Shown here: positions 16,919-26,900 of the stretch, piece by piece
How positions within the stretch are numbered: the first letter of the stretch is position 1
Layout: every line of letters begins with the position of its first letter
Origin: an uncultured virus (IMG/VR IMGVR_UViG_3300029787_000004)
Taxonomy: Duplodnaviria > Heunggongvirae > Uroviricota > Caudoviricetes
DNA: 64,000 bases
Virus record (IMG/VR): IMGVR_UViG_3300029787_000004
Strand: one strand, 5' to 3'
Made by a program: the position numbers and the translations under genes
The notes under the pieces: generated by a model
The model's database searches: none
The model's input: only the letters and a program-made list of their open reading frames with translations
What the model was told of the DNA's origin: nothing

Positions 16919-19272
16919 TGCTAGCACTCATAGGGAACGTAGCAAGAGGTGTAAGCACAGTTAGATCAGCAACTAAGATGCTGCCAAAGGGGAAGAAAGG
17001 TGGTGCTTTGGTTCCATCTCAACGTCCCGGTCTTAGTCAATTTTATGATCAGGCACGACAAAAGAAGGCAGCAGCTGCTGCTGCACCCACATTAGATAGA
17101 AGTAGTTTTTTCTCTGCGCCAAAGATTGGTGATGCGAAGAAAGGATCAACAAATGTAGAGAGTGCTGAGAATAAAATTAGTCTAATAACTAACTTCATTA
17201 GAAAGGGGAATCAGAAGAGGAGAGAATCTTTTAAATCATATCTAAACACAAAACAAGACGAAAAGAGAAAGGAAAAGGAAGAAAAGAAAGAAAACTTTGC
17301 CAAAGGATTGGTAAAAGGAGTTGCATCAAGAGCACTCGCACCAGTTAAGAGTATCTTTGATAGGATTCTCGATGCTGTTGGTAAGATTATTATTGCTAAA
17401 ATTGCCATGTGGGCAATTGATAATCCAGAAGCCTTCGCAGCAATCATTAAGGGAATTGCTGCCACGATGGAAGTTATTACAGATATCTTTATTGGAACTA
17501 TTGATTTCCTTGGAACAGTTATCAATGAAGGATATAAACTGGTTGATGGATTTGATGATTGGAAGGATACGAATCTAGGTGATGATGTGTCTGCCACATT
17601 AGATGATATTGGGTCTAAGTTTGTAGACTTCCTGAATGCATCTTTGATTGTTGGTGGATTGTTGATGACTCTGGGCAACCAAGAGTTAGGAAAGAAGGAT
17701 GATGTTGATACTAATACACCTGGAAATGCAAAGGTAAAACCAAAAGTAAAAGCAGACAAGAGAACTAGAACGAGAAGAGCAAGTCAAGAGGCACGAAAGA
17801 GATTTGCTAGAAGGTATGGTGGTGACGCTGCTAAGAGGAGATTTGCTGGTCAAACCAGAGGACCTATAAAGAGTTCTATTACTCGTCGTGGTCTCGGAAG
17901 ATCTGTCACACGTCTGGGTATCAAAATGAACCCTGGCATGGTGAAGAGCATGAAGTCTATCTCTAAGTTGGCAAAGGGTATTAAGATTCCTATTATTGGA
18001 CCATTGATCATGGGTGTCACCTCCTACCTGGGTGATGGCAATCTTGGTAGAGCAGTGTTCATTGCTTTGGGAACTGGTCTTGGTGAGTTACTGGGAACTG
18101 CTATTCCAATTCCTATTGTTGGAACACTACTTGGCAGTATACTTGGTGCTTTTGTTGGTGATTTGCTTTACGATTTAATCATTAAGAGAGACCCTGGCGC
18201 AGCATTAGAAAAGGTAAAGGCTGCTGGTAAGAAAATATTTGAGACAGGTAAGGCAGTCTTTGAATGGTTAAAGGGTGGATTTGGTAGGTTCATCGAGAGT
18301 TTCAAGAAGAAGAATCAAATTGGTATTGGGTATGCTAAGACTACTAACTGGCTTGCTCTCTTAAATCCACTAATTACACTCCCTCTGTTGAAGGATGGAT
18401 TCTTCCCACCCAATCCCAACGCACCATCACCTGATCTCAGTAAGTTTAAAGATGGAGCAGCTGCGACTGCTGTTGATGGCGTCACTGGTGGAGCAGTTTC
18501 TGCAACTGTTGGTGGTAGTGAGATGGATTTGTTCAAACGACTTGTTCTTGCAGAATCAGGTGGTGAAGGTGAACTGGGTATGGCATTAGTAGCACGTAGT
18601 GTGATGAATCGTGCCGGACTTATTCAATCTGGTAAGGTTGGTCCTGGAATGTTCATGGCAAATGATAAGAGCATAACTGGCGTCATTATGGGTAAAGGTC
18701 AGTATCAACCAGTTTCTGATGGATCAATTAATACTCAGAGAAGTGATGCACAAATGGCAAAGGCAGCTGCCGCTATTAAACTTGCTAAGAATGTTGATCA
18801 ATTAAAAGCAAAACTTAAAGCTGCTGGCATGTCTACTGATGAGATTAATAAACTTGTAGCATCCACTGGTTTTAGGACTGGTTCTGCATTTAACGATCCA
18901 TCTCAGAATGTTAACGTTGTTAAGTTTAAGAATCATTTCTTTAACACTGCTGGCAATGCTGGACTTACAGCAACCAGTGCTAGGATAAGTACAGAAGATA
19001 ATGCACAACAGGCACAGATTCCTACCAACCCAACACCATCATCTCCATCAGCTGCTGCTGTCTCGACTCTGAGCAGAGGAAGTGGTGGTAGTGGTGCAGG
19101 AGGACCTTCTGGTGGTGGAAAGGCACAGGTAGGTGATCAGGCAATCGTCCCCATACCCATACCATCTCAGCAGGGAGCACCCTCTGGTGGTGCTTTCAGT
19201 ACCGGTGGATCTACTTCGTTAAATAGTCTTTATATGGCTCAACTGTTTGGGTTCTTATATAAACAAGGATAA
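16915..19272 (+). CDS. Tape-measure/hub-like virion protein with SleB/Hydrolase_2-like lytic domain
   Basis: LVLAESGGEG..GM..VA..VMNR...GQYQPV. Confidence 0.72.
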   Translation: MMLALIGNVARGVSTVRSATKMLPKGKKGGALVPSQRPGLSQFYDQARQKKAAAAAAPTLDRSSFFSAPKIGDAKKGSTNVESAENKISLITNFIRKGNQKRRESFKSYLNTKQDEKRKEKEEKKENFAKGLVKGVASRALAPVKSIFDRILDAVGKIIIAKIAMWAIDNPEAFAAIIKGIAATMEVITDIFIGTIDFLGTVINEGYKLVDGFDDWKDTNLGDDVSATLDDIGSKFVDFLNASLIVGGLLMTLGNQELGKKDDVDTNTPGNAKVKPKVKADKRTRTRRASQEARKRFARRYGGDAAKRRFAGQTRGPIKSSITRRGLGRSVTRLGIKMNPGMVKSMKSISKLAKGIKIPIIGPLIMGVTSYLGDGNLGRAVFIALGTGLGELLGTAIPIPIVGTLLGSILGAFVGDLLYDLIIKRDPGAALEKVKAAGKKIFETGKAVFEWLKGGFGRFIESFKKKNQIGIGYAKTTNWLALLNPLITLPLLKDGFFPPNPNAPSPDLSKFKDGAAATAVDGVTGGAVSATVGGSEMDLFKRLVLAESGGEGELGMALVARSVMNRAGLIQSGKVGPGMFMANDKSITGVIMGKGQYQPVSDGSINTQRSDAQMAKAAAAIKLAKNVDQLKAKLKAAGMSTDEINKLVASTGFRTGSAFNDPSQNVNVVKFKNHFFNTAGNAGLTATSARISTEDNAQQAQIPTNPTPSSPSAAAVSTLSRGSGGSGAGGPSGGGKAQVGDQAIVPIPIPSQQGAPSGGAFSTGGSTSLNSLYMAQLFGFLYKQG

Positions 19273-20561
19273 TGGCAGACGAAAAGGCAAACATAAAATC
19301 ATTTGTCATCCAAGCAGCAAAGGATGAGGGGAGAGGTGTAGATGTAAAGAATGGTCTGACTTCATTCTCATTCTATGAAAATATTTTGTCTAATAATATT
19401 ACTGCTCAGGTAAAAGTATTTGATAGTGGCAATAGTATAAAGGATGATAGTGGAAAACTTGTCAGTATTATAGAAGGATTGCCTATTCGTGGTGGTGAAG
19501 AGATAAGATTTGATATTGAGGATGAAAGTAAGAACAAGTTAAAGTATGAGTTATACCTGAATAAGATGATGAATCTTGATCAGTCTACGACTCAGGATAA
19601 TTTTGAGATACATTGTGTATCGAAGGAATGCTATTCAAATGAGATGACGAGAGTCACAAAGAGATACGAGGGAAAGATCTCTGAAAGTGTGACAACGATT
19701 CTTACAGAACGTTTGAAAGCAGAATTCAAACCAGAGAATATTGAGGAGACATCTAATACTTACAATTTTATTGGCAATGATCGTAAACCATTTTATGTTT
19801 GTACATGGTTAGGAACAAAGAGTGTTCCAACAGAGAACTATGGAAAGACTGGTGGATACTTCTTCTATCAAACTCAGGATGGAATGAATTTTAAATCCGT
19901 TGATAATCTTCTGGGTCAAGACGCCAAGAAAAAGTATGTTTATAATGAATCTGATACAGTACCAAATGGGTATGATAGGAAGATTCTAAATTATGATTTG
20001 AAACGTTCAGTTGATTTGCAGTCTAACTTAATGTTAGGTGCATATAAAAATAGAACTCTTTATTGGGATCCATATCAATTCAAATATGAAGCCAAAACTT
20101 TTGATATCACAGAACAGAAAGATGTCAAACATGCTGGATCGTCTGATGATTTTGACTTTGTTAATCCAGTTTTTACGGAAACGCCCACACGACTGATGAC
20201 ATCTATCCTAGATGTTGGTACAATGCCTAGTGGTAAGGACGCAAAGGAACAACTGAAAAGATTCATTGATAAAACAGATGAATCTAACGATAAGGTTATG
20301 GATCGCATGGTTCAGTCCGTCATGCGCTATAATCAATTGTACTCTGTTGTTACATCTATAACTATACCAGGAGATTTCAGCTTACGAGCTGGTGATATGA
20401 TCCAATGTGATTTCCCCAGAGTTTCTGAGGAAACCAAGGATGTTGATAAAAAACTGAGTGGTAAATACTTAATAGCAAGTTTATGCCACTTTGTATCTCC
20501 AAAGGAGTGTTACACACAATTAGGACTGATTAGAGACTCATACGGAAGGAAAACAAGTTAA
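19272..20561 (+). CDS. Baseplate hub protein (gp27-like, putative)
   Basis: YENI, YFFYQT..G.NFKS, IPGDF.LRAG, SGKYLI..L.H; upstream of gp5. Confidence 0.65.
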   Translation: MADEKANIKSFVIQAAKDEGRGVDVKNGLTSFSFYENILSNNITAQVKVFDSGNSIKDDSGKLVSIIEGLPIRGGEEIRFDIEDESKNKLKYELYLNKMMNLDQSTTQDNFEIHCVSKECYSNEMTRVTKRYEGKISESVTTILTERLKAEFKPENIEETSNTYNFIGNDRKPFYVCTWLGTKSVPTENYGKTGGYFFYQTQDGMNFKSVDNLLGQDAKKKYVYNESDTVPNGYDRKILNYDLKRSVDLQSNLMLGAYKNRTLYWDPYQFKYEAKTFDITEQKDVKHAGSSDDFDFVNPVFTETPTRLMTSILDVGTMPSGKDAKEQLKRFIDKTDESNDKVMDRMVQSVMRYNQLYSVVTSITIPGDFSLRAGDMIQCDFPRVSEETKDVDKKLSGKYLIASLCHFVSPKECYTQLGLIRDSYGRKTS

Positions 20562-20788
20562 TGGAAAACATCGAAGCACACGTAAAGAAAGATCAGGAAA
20601 TTCTTGCTGATCCAACTACAAATCCACAGATGCGTCGTCACATTGAGGGCGAATTGCATGAGTTGGAGGTCTATATAGAGAATCATAAGAAAGATATTGA
20701 AGCAGGAGATCATCATGATCCCACAGCACTTGAACTTTTTTGTGAGGTTGAACCAGACGCAGATGAATGTAGAATCTATGACGACTGA
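20561..20788 (+). CDS. cp12: CP12 Calvin-cycle inhibitor
   Basis: C-terminal LELFCEVEPDADECRIYDD. Confidence 0.93.
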   Translation: MENIEAHVKKDQEILADPTTNPQMRRHIEGELHELEVYIENHKKDIEAGDHHDPTALELFCEVEPDADECRIYDD

Positions 20789-23649
20789 TGCTTGAACAAG
20801 GACTCTTAAAAAAGAATTTTGTAGGAAGAGACGGGTTCTTCTGGTGGCTTGGGCAGGTAGTTGATTCCAAAAAATGGAAAGACAACTCACCTGGATTCCC
20901 ATCCAAAGATCTTCCTGGCATGAAACGCCGGGTAAAGGTTCGCATTATGGGATACCATACTGCACAAGTAGAAGAACTTACGGATGATGATCTACCATGG
21001 GCATATTGTATGATGCCTGTCACTGCTGGTGGAAACCAGGGTGGCATGTCTCAGAGTGTGAACTTCTCTGGTGGAGAATGGGTCTTTGGTTTCTTCCTTG
21101 ATGGTGAAGATGGACAACAACCTGTTGTCATGGGAGTCCTTGATAAGTCAAGTCAACTTACATTTCCCAAAGAGATACCTGATGTTGGGTTTACACCGTT
21201 CAGTGGATTTACCAATGGATTAGTAGAATCTCAACATAATATTAAAGAAGACGGAGCTGCATCTGAATCTGATCCGTCACAACCATCTGTTCCTGCTGGT
21301 AGTAGTGGAACAAAGGTCAAACAAACTCTTGCAACTGAGGGAGCACAGTTAGAATCAGTTCGGCAAGATATTCCTGATCATGGAACAAAAGCAGCACATG
21401 AGAACGCAAAGAATACTGGTGAAGTAAAGCCAGCACAAGGATGTGCTGATGATAATCCACAAGCAGGTATTAAACTTGCTATGACGCGCCTTCAAAAACA
21501 GATGGCGTTCATTGAGCAGCAACAGGGCATCTTCCTCGATCCACTGTCACAGAAGTTGGGTGACATTCAGGGTGAGATGGAAAGAGCAACTCAGAATGTG
21601 AATGGATATGTGAAAGACATCATGGACAAAGTTCGTGCTGTTGCTATTACAGAAACTGCTAAGAAAATGGCAGAGGTGTCAATCAATTTACCGATTGATG
21701 CGATGGGTGGATTTAAAGACAAACTTGATGAAGCATTAGAAGGTCTTGGTTGTCTCTTTGAAAATATTATTGGTGGACTGAATAATACCCTCAATGGTCT
21801 ACTACAAGACATGATGGGTAAAGTGACCGGGGTTCTTGACTGTATCGTTAACGATGTGATTGGTGGTATGTTGGATTCTGCCTTGGGCGCAGTAAACAGT
21901 ATCATGAATTCTATCACTGGTATCTTTGATAGTCTTGCTGGTGGTCTTGGCGATGGACTTGGTGGATTGATTGGTGCTATTCAAGTTCCTCTGATTGCAG
22001 CAGTAGATTTTATCTCATCTCTCAAAGCTCTTTTCTCATGTCAGTCCGAGACTGAATGTGCAGACATTGCTCAGGCAAATATGCTGAGTGGTAATGCATC
22101 AGAAGAACCTGGTGATTTCTTAGGTCTCATCAGTTCTGCCATGGGTGGTGGTGGATTAGTTCCAGAACCTGTTGGTTCTGTTCTTAATGCAGCAGAGGGA
22201 ATTAGAGATTCTGTTACTGGTGTTGTTGATGCAGCATCAGGTCTTGTTAATAATGTAGAGTCTGCCATTGATACGGTTGGCAATACTCTTCAAACCGTTG
22301 CTGGTATTCCTGGACAAGCACTTGAAGGACTCAAAGAATGTAATCCATTTGCAGATGAATGTACACCACCACTTGCGGTAATTTTTGGTGGCGGAACAGT
22401 TGCAGCAACTGCTAATACTATTATTAATCAATCGGGAAGAATTCTTGGCGTCGATTTAAATGGTAGTGAGGTATTGAATCGTGTTTATAATTCTGTACCA
22501 TCTATTAATATTAAGAGTAACTGTGGTCAAGGTGGTGGTGCCAGTGGCAAAGTTAGATTAAATCCTGATGGATCTATCAACAAAGTGATTATCGTTAAGT
22601 CAGGAGTTAACTTTCCACCCGCTCCCGATGGATCTGTTGGTGGAAACGGTGGTGTATTTTGTGGTGGTGATAATTGTATCATTAGAACTCCTGATGGAGA
22701 TAACCAAACATTTGTACCTGGTAGGGATGTCACCACTGTTCCTGGTTCTTTGGTTTATGTGCCCAAAGGAACCAGTATTGTTTTCCCTGACGGAACAACA
22801 GATGAAAATGGAGACGATGCTAGCGGACTACAACCGGGCAGAGGATTGACTGTTCCCAATGGATTTGATGTTCCGGTTGAATTTTCTTTCACGACACCGA
22901 CACCAGAACTTGACGATGATGAAGAAATATTGTCAGAAGAACTTGTGTATCCAGTAATTATGGAACTAGATGAGATTGATCTTACAAGAAGTGGAATTTC
23001 TTACAATAATGGTGATACAATTACCGTCAGTGGTGATGGAAATGAATTGACATATACCCCAATTCTTTCTGTGAATGGATCAATTATTGGTGTTGAGATT
23101 CCAGATGGAGATAGGGGTCAAGGATTTACTTCTATTCCTGATGTCACTATAAATACATCTACCGGTGCCGGTGCTCAGCTGACGCCAATTCTTCGTGTTA
23201 AGTATAGGGGAAGAGATAACATTAATGATGTTATTGAATCTGTTAGACAAGATCAAATTATCTCAGTTGTCAATTGTGTTGGTGCAAAACCAGTAGGATA
23301 TGTGAACGGAAAACCATACTATGGTCCTTTCCACGTACATAATGGTAAAAAAATGGTGGGAGCAGAACATACTTCTACTCCTCATGGATTTATCGAAGAT
23401 ACTCCCAATCAAACTTCCCAAAGTTCGACACAGAGAGTAAGAGTACCAAGATATACATCGTCTGGCGTTGGTGGCGGTGGAGCACCAATAGGAGATACGG
23501 GACTTTCAAGAGCAGCATCTTCTTCATCAACACCCAACCCATCACCCACTCCGGCACCATCACCTACCCCGGCACCATCACCCACACCTACACCTAGTCC
23601 ATCCCCCTCACCATCACCAGGTGGTGGAGGATATGGCGGAGGATATTAA
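20788..23649 (+). CDS. gp5: Baseplate hub/central spike protein
   Basis: N-terminal OB fold: WWLGQV, RVKVRIMGYH, LPWA, WVFGFFLDG...QQPVVMG. Confidence 0.88.
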   Translation: MLEQGLLKKNFVGRDGFFWWLGQVVDSKKWKDNSPGFPSKDLPGMKRRVKVRIMGYHTAQVEELTDDDLPWAYCMMPVTAGGNQGGMSQSVNFSGGEWVFGFFLDGEDGQQPVVMGVLDKSSQLTFPKEIPDVGFTPFSGFTNGLVESQHNIKEDGAASESDPSQPSVPAGSSGTKVKQTLATEGAQLESVRQDIPDHGTKAAHENAKNTGEVKPAQGCADDNPQAGIKLAMTRLQKQMAFIEQQQGIFLDPLSQKLGDIQGEMERATQNVNGYVKDIMDKVRAVAITETAKKMAEVSINLPIDAMGGFKDKLDEALEGLGCLFENIIGGLNNTLNGLLQDMMGKVTGVLDCIVNDVIGGMLDSALGAVNSIMNSITGIFDSLAGGLGDGLGGLIGAIQVPLIAAVDFISSLKALFSCQSETECADIAQANMLSGNASEEPGDFLGLISSAMGGGGLVPEPVGSVLNAAEGIRDSVTGVVDAASGLVNNVESAIDTVGNTLQTVAGIPGQALEGLKECNPFADECTPPLAVIFGGGTVAATANTIINQSGRILGVDLNGSEVLNRVYNSVPSINIKSNCGQGGGASGKVRLNPDGSINKVIIVKSGVNFPPAPDGSVGGNGGVFCGGDNCIIRTPDGDNQTFVPGRDVTTVPGSLVYVPKGTSIVFPDGTTDENGDDASGLQPGRGLTVPNGFDVPVEFSFTTPTPELDDDEEILSEELVYPVIMELDEIDLTRSGISYNNGDTITVSGDGNELTYTPILSVNGSIIGVEIPDGDRGQGFTSIPDVTINTSTGAGAQLTPILRVKYRGRDNINDVIESVRQDQIISVVNCVGAKPVGYVNGKPYYGPFHVHNGKKMVGAEHTSTPHGFIEDTPNQTSQSSTQRVRVPRYTSSGVGGGGAPIGDTGLSRAASSSSTPNPSPTPAPSPTPAPSPTPTPSPSPSPSPGGGGYGGGY
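23530..23620 (+). repeat. Pro/Ser/Thr low-complexity coding repeat
   Basis: PNPSPTPAPSPTPAPSPTPTPSPSPSPSP. Confidence 0.85.
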
Positions 23650-23651
23650 TA

Positions 23652-24233
23652 ATGTCAGAACCATCTAATCACTTTACAAGTTGGATTGAAAATAATTATG
23701 GACAAATTGAATTTGGACGTTTAGATCCTGATGAAGTTCGTTCTGCTGTCTATCTTGGAAACAAACAAGATGTAAGGCATAGATTTTACATGGATATTGA
23801 TCGTGACATGGGTGGTGGAACTCACAGTGTCACCACACTTGAATCTCCTGGTGGAATTGTAATAAAGTGTGGACAGGATCGTAAAAGACCTGACGTTACG
23901 TTTAATATTCAAGTTGAGAATGGAAAACTAGCACTCACCTGTCAAACTGGTGATGTTCTAGTGCAAGGAAAGAACGTTGTCATTGAAGCAAAAGGAGATT
24001 CTGGTAATGATGGCAACATTACTTTGAAGGCCAATTCAAAGATTGATCTACAATCTCCAAAGATCGAGATCAATGGTAAACAAAAAGTTGGATGTTATAG
24101 CGAACAAAAGATTGATATTCAATCACAAGGAACTTTGCAGATGTACGGGGCACAAGCAGCCTGCCAGTCTGCATCATCTAGATTTGGACAACGTGGCACG
24201 TCCCAAGAAGCACCAATTACGCCGGAGGATTAA
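23652..24233 (+). CDS. Spike beta-helix-like protein (gp5 C-terminal-like)
   Basis: Alternating beta-strand repeats; follows gp5. Confidence 0.6.
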   Translation: MSEPSNHFTSWIENNYGQIEFGRLDPDEVRSAVYLGNKQDVRHRFYMDIDRDMGGGTHSVTTLESPGGIVIKCGQDRKRPDVTFNIQVENGKLALTCQTGDVLVQGKNVVIEAKGDSGNDGNITLKANSKIDLQSPKIEINGKQKVGCYSEQKIDIQSQGTLQMYGAQAACQSASSRFGQRGTSQEAPITPED

Positions 24234-24235
24234 TT

Positions 24236-24937
24236 ATGGCATGGACTAGTGATGATCAGCAGGTACATAAGCAATTAGTTGTTGGAGGAAAAACTTCCTC
24301 ATCTGTTGGTAAATCTGATGACGAAAAGATTTTAGGTTCCACATACGTTGAGAATGGTGTGCATGTGGGATCACCTGATGCCTTTGATTTGATGGAAGGC
24401 ACTTGCATGGTCAATAAAAGTGCTGAACAACAGGGCGAATTTGCCATGGAAGTTCAGGATGACCAGCACATTCGTGACAATCTTTGGGTAGAACAAGAGA
24501 CCAAGACTAAGACTCTTGTTGCTGATAAGATTGATGTAAGAAAAGCATTTATTACGACGATCAATAAAGGTAGTTGTAATTTTGTAATCGATCATCTTAG
24601 GATTCCTGGTTATAAACTTCGTTATACCTGCATGGAGGGTCCTACCAAGGATGTCTTTGTGCGTGGTAGACTAAAAAATGGTGATACTATTACACTTCCA
24701 GAAGAATGGGAGTGGTTGGTGCATCAAGATACAATCACAGTGAATCTGACTCCTATTGGAGCTCCTCAGATTTTATTTGTGAAAGGGCAGCAGGGAACAA
24801 CAATCAAAGTTGGATCACACTCTGCTCTTCCAATTAACTGCTACTATACAGTCTACGGTGAGAGGGCAGATACTCCTAGGGAACCTAACGTTTTCCCTGC
24901 CGAAGATCTTTTAACTGATAAATTTGTTGGACAATAG
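24236..24937 (+). CDS. Virion structural protein, paralog A
   Basis: LRYTCMEGP...RGR...LPEEW...LTPIG. Confidence 0.7.
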   Translation: MAWTSDDQQVHKQLVVGGKTSSSVGKSDDEKILGSTYVENGVHVGSPDAFDLMEGTCMVNKSAEQQGEFAMEVQDDQHIRDNLWVEQETKTKTLVADKIDVRKAFITTINKGSCNFVIDHLRIPGYKLRYTCMEGPTKDVFVRGRLKNGDTITLPEEWEWLVHQDTITVNLTPIGAPQILFVKGQQGTTIKVGSHSALPINCYYTVYGERADTPREPNVFPAEDLLTDKFVGQ

Positions 24938-24947
24938 GAGGTAAATT

Positions 24948-25601
24948 ATGCCACATGGAGGATGTCAGGGACTGTATCCAGATCCCGAAGCAGGTTGCGG
25001 TGGAGGTTCATGGCAACAGAACAGCACTTTCGGTGCTGCTGATGATAAAGAAGAGGATTGTTGTAACGACATCTCATGTCACCTGAAAAATGGTTTATTT
25101 GAGGCAGACCTTGAAGTTACAGGTGAGATCACATGTGCTACAAAAGTCACCTCTCCTACGTTTCAAGGAAATATTAATGTTCAATCTTGGAAGGGATTTG
25201 ATATTCAACACCCATCTAAGAAAAATCATCGACTGAGATATGTTTGTTTAGAGGGACCAGAGGCTGGTGTTTATGCCAGAGGTCGTATTACGAATACAAA
25301 TATGATTCACCTTCCAGAATATTGGAGAGATTTGGTTGATCCCAACACAATTTCCGTCCATTTGACTCCAATTGGAACGAATCAAAATCTTTGTGTTGAA
25401 GAACTTAAATGGGGAACTCAAATTAAAATTAAGTCTGAGAGTGGTACTAATATTGACTGTTTCTATTCAGTTTATGGTGCCAGAAAGGATGGTGAACCTT
25501 TAATTCCAGAATATGAGGGAGAGTCTCCTGCTGATTATCCAGGTGATTCTACTCAGTTCTCCATCGCAGGGTACGATTACGGACCTGGCACAAAGGGTTG
25601 A
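24948..25601 (+). CDS. Virion structural protein, paralog B
   Basis: LRYVCLEGP...RGR...LPEYW...LTPIG; AGGAGG SD. Confidence 0.7.
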   Translation: MPHGGCQGLYPDPEAGCGGGSWQQNSTFGAADDKEEDCCNDISCHLKNGLFEADLEVTGEITCATKVTSPTFQGNINVQSWKGFDIQHPSKKNHRLRYVCLEGPEAGVYARGRITNTNMIHLPEYWRDLVDPNTISVHLTPIGTNQNLCVEELKWGTQIKIKSESGTNIDCFYSVYGARKDGEPLIPEYEGESPADYPGDSTQFSIAGYDYGPGTKG

Positions 25602-25626
25602 TCTAGTGCCCTGTTTCTGCTATAAT
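25598..25626 (+). promoter_or_regulatory. Sigma70-type promoter
   Basis: TTGATC-N17-TATAAT with TG extension. Confidence 0.75.
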
Positions 25627-25652
25627 ACATAGGTACAGCAAGGCACCGACCC

Positions 25653-25859
25653 ATGCACGAAGACGACTATCTCAGCAGAGTTGTGGTTGACACTTCATCC
25701 CGCAAGTTCAATCTATACAGCGAGAGTGGTGACCAGAAGGTCATTGAATGTGATACGATCGATGAGTTCATGGGTGTTCTTGAATTCTGTCGTGAGATCC
25801 TTGATGATGACGTGTTGGCATACGCAGGTCCGCTTGTAGCCAGCGAAAATTCACTTTAA
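25653..25859 (+). CDS. Hypothetical protein
   Basis: 68 aa after the promoter. Confidence 0.75.
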   Translation: MHEDDYLSRVVVDTSSRKFNLYSESGDQKVIECDTIDEFMGVLEFCREILDDDVLAYAGPLVASENSL

Positions 25860-25916
25860 GTTTTGAAAATAGGGGATAAAAAATCTCGGTAAAAAATTGC
25901 CCTATTACCTTTTATG
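25841..25916. repeat. A-tract-rich element, copy 2
   Basis: Aligns by eye with 7957-8037. Confidence 0.75.
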
Positions 25917-25963
25917 AATAGATACTCAGACAAACTTTATGCGGAAATCCTGGATTTTTACGA

Positions 25964-26155
25964 ATGGAACAGTTTACAGTTGACGAATTCCAACGAGATT
26001 TTGATGCACTTTTTGAAAGAGTTGAAAAAGGAGAAAGTTTCAAAATCACTGCCGGAGAAGGAAAAGCAGTAGTTATCGTTCCAATTGTTTCTGAGGCAAC
26101 AGAGTCAGATTGGGAAGATTTTTGGTATCACGAACAATCACTCTGCGATATATGA
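25964..26155 (+). CDS. Phd/YefM antitoxin-like protein
   Basis: FTVDEFQRDFDALFERVEKGESFKIT...AVVIVP resembles the Phd N-terminal fold. Confidence 0.6.
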   Translation: MEQFTVDEFQRDFDALFERVEKGESFKITAGEGKAVVIVPIVSEATESDWEDFWYHEQSLCDI

Positions 26156-26325
26156 GACCTGAAACTCGTGAATCAATGGAAAATCTTTGGTCCGCAAAAT
26201 GGAACTTACCAAAGGCAGCAAGAAACTGCAATCTGACAGACAAGGAGATGAAAATCACCTTTAACGAGTATTGCGCTTTTCATCCACCAACTTGGGATAT
26301 AAATGAAGCAACTATTCATAGTTGA
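26152..26325 (+). CDS. Hypothetical protein
   Basis: ATGA overlap; MRPETRESME... Confidence 0.7.
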   Translation: MRPETRESMENLWSAKWNLPKAARNCNLTDKEMKITFNEYCAFHPPTWDINEATIHS

Positions 26326-26596
26326 TGTCGGTGATAATGAATGTGTCACTCACGATGGTTATATCCAGATCGGTATCTTTAATCATTCAGTTGAAAAACA
26401 TCTCGAATTAAATCCTATGGTTGACTGGCAGGTAACTTATTGGATGCCTGATATTTGGGCAAATAGGTATAGGAGAGTATCATTTCAAAAAACTGAAAAG
26501 AAAAATGAAGGTTCACCTAGAACTGATAATGCAACAGATAGTCGCCCAAGAGATTTTCCAGATCAACCAACTGTAAGATTAGAGAGAACCCTGTGA
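26303..26596 (+). CDS. Hypothetical protein
   Basis: 97 aa, in operon context. Confidence 0.7.
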   Translation: MKQLFIVDVGDNECVTHDGYIQIGIFNHSVEKHLELNPMVDWQVTYWMPDIWANRYRRVSFQKTEKKNEGSPRTDNATDSRPRDFPDQPTVRLERTL

Positions 26597-26814
26597 TTAC
26601 GCCTCAGACATACATCGATATGAATAAAGAGTTTGAAGAGGATAATATTCCTTTTCGAATCACTATTCCTACACAGGAAGCAATTGATGAGTGGCAGTCA
26701 AAACCACCAGCACATTATCAAACACCACCAGCAGTGGATATGGTTGCTGAGATGTGGGCAGAGCATAATAGAATAGAAGAAGAACGCAAACTACAACTCG
26801 AACTTGATTTATAG
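26593..26814 (+). CDS. Hypothetical protein
   Basis: GTGA overlap. Confidence 0.65.
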   Translation: MITPQTYIDMNKEFEEDNIPFRITIPTQEAIDEWQSKPPAHYQTPPAVDMVAEMWAEHNRIEEERKLQLELDL

Positions 26815-26898
26815 GGAGTGTGGCGGAATCGGTAGACGCACCAGACTTAAAATCTGTTGAGAATTAATCTCGTGGGGGTTCAAGTCCCCCTACTCCCA
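26814..26898 (+). tRNA. tRNA-Leu(TAA)
   Basis: Acceptor GGGAGTG/TACTCCC, D-loop GG, anticodon loop CTTAAAA, long variable arm, GGTTCAAGTCC T-arm; no encoded CCA. Confidence 0.95.
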
Positions 26899-26900
26899 TT

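Noticed and set aside
25914..26072. 52-aa ORF overlapping the Phd-like gene in another frame
   Set aside because: No recognisable motif and mostly overlapping; cannot be supported, though not excluded
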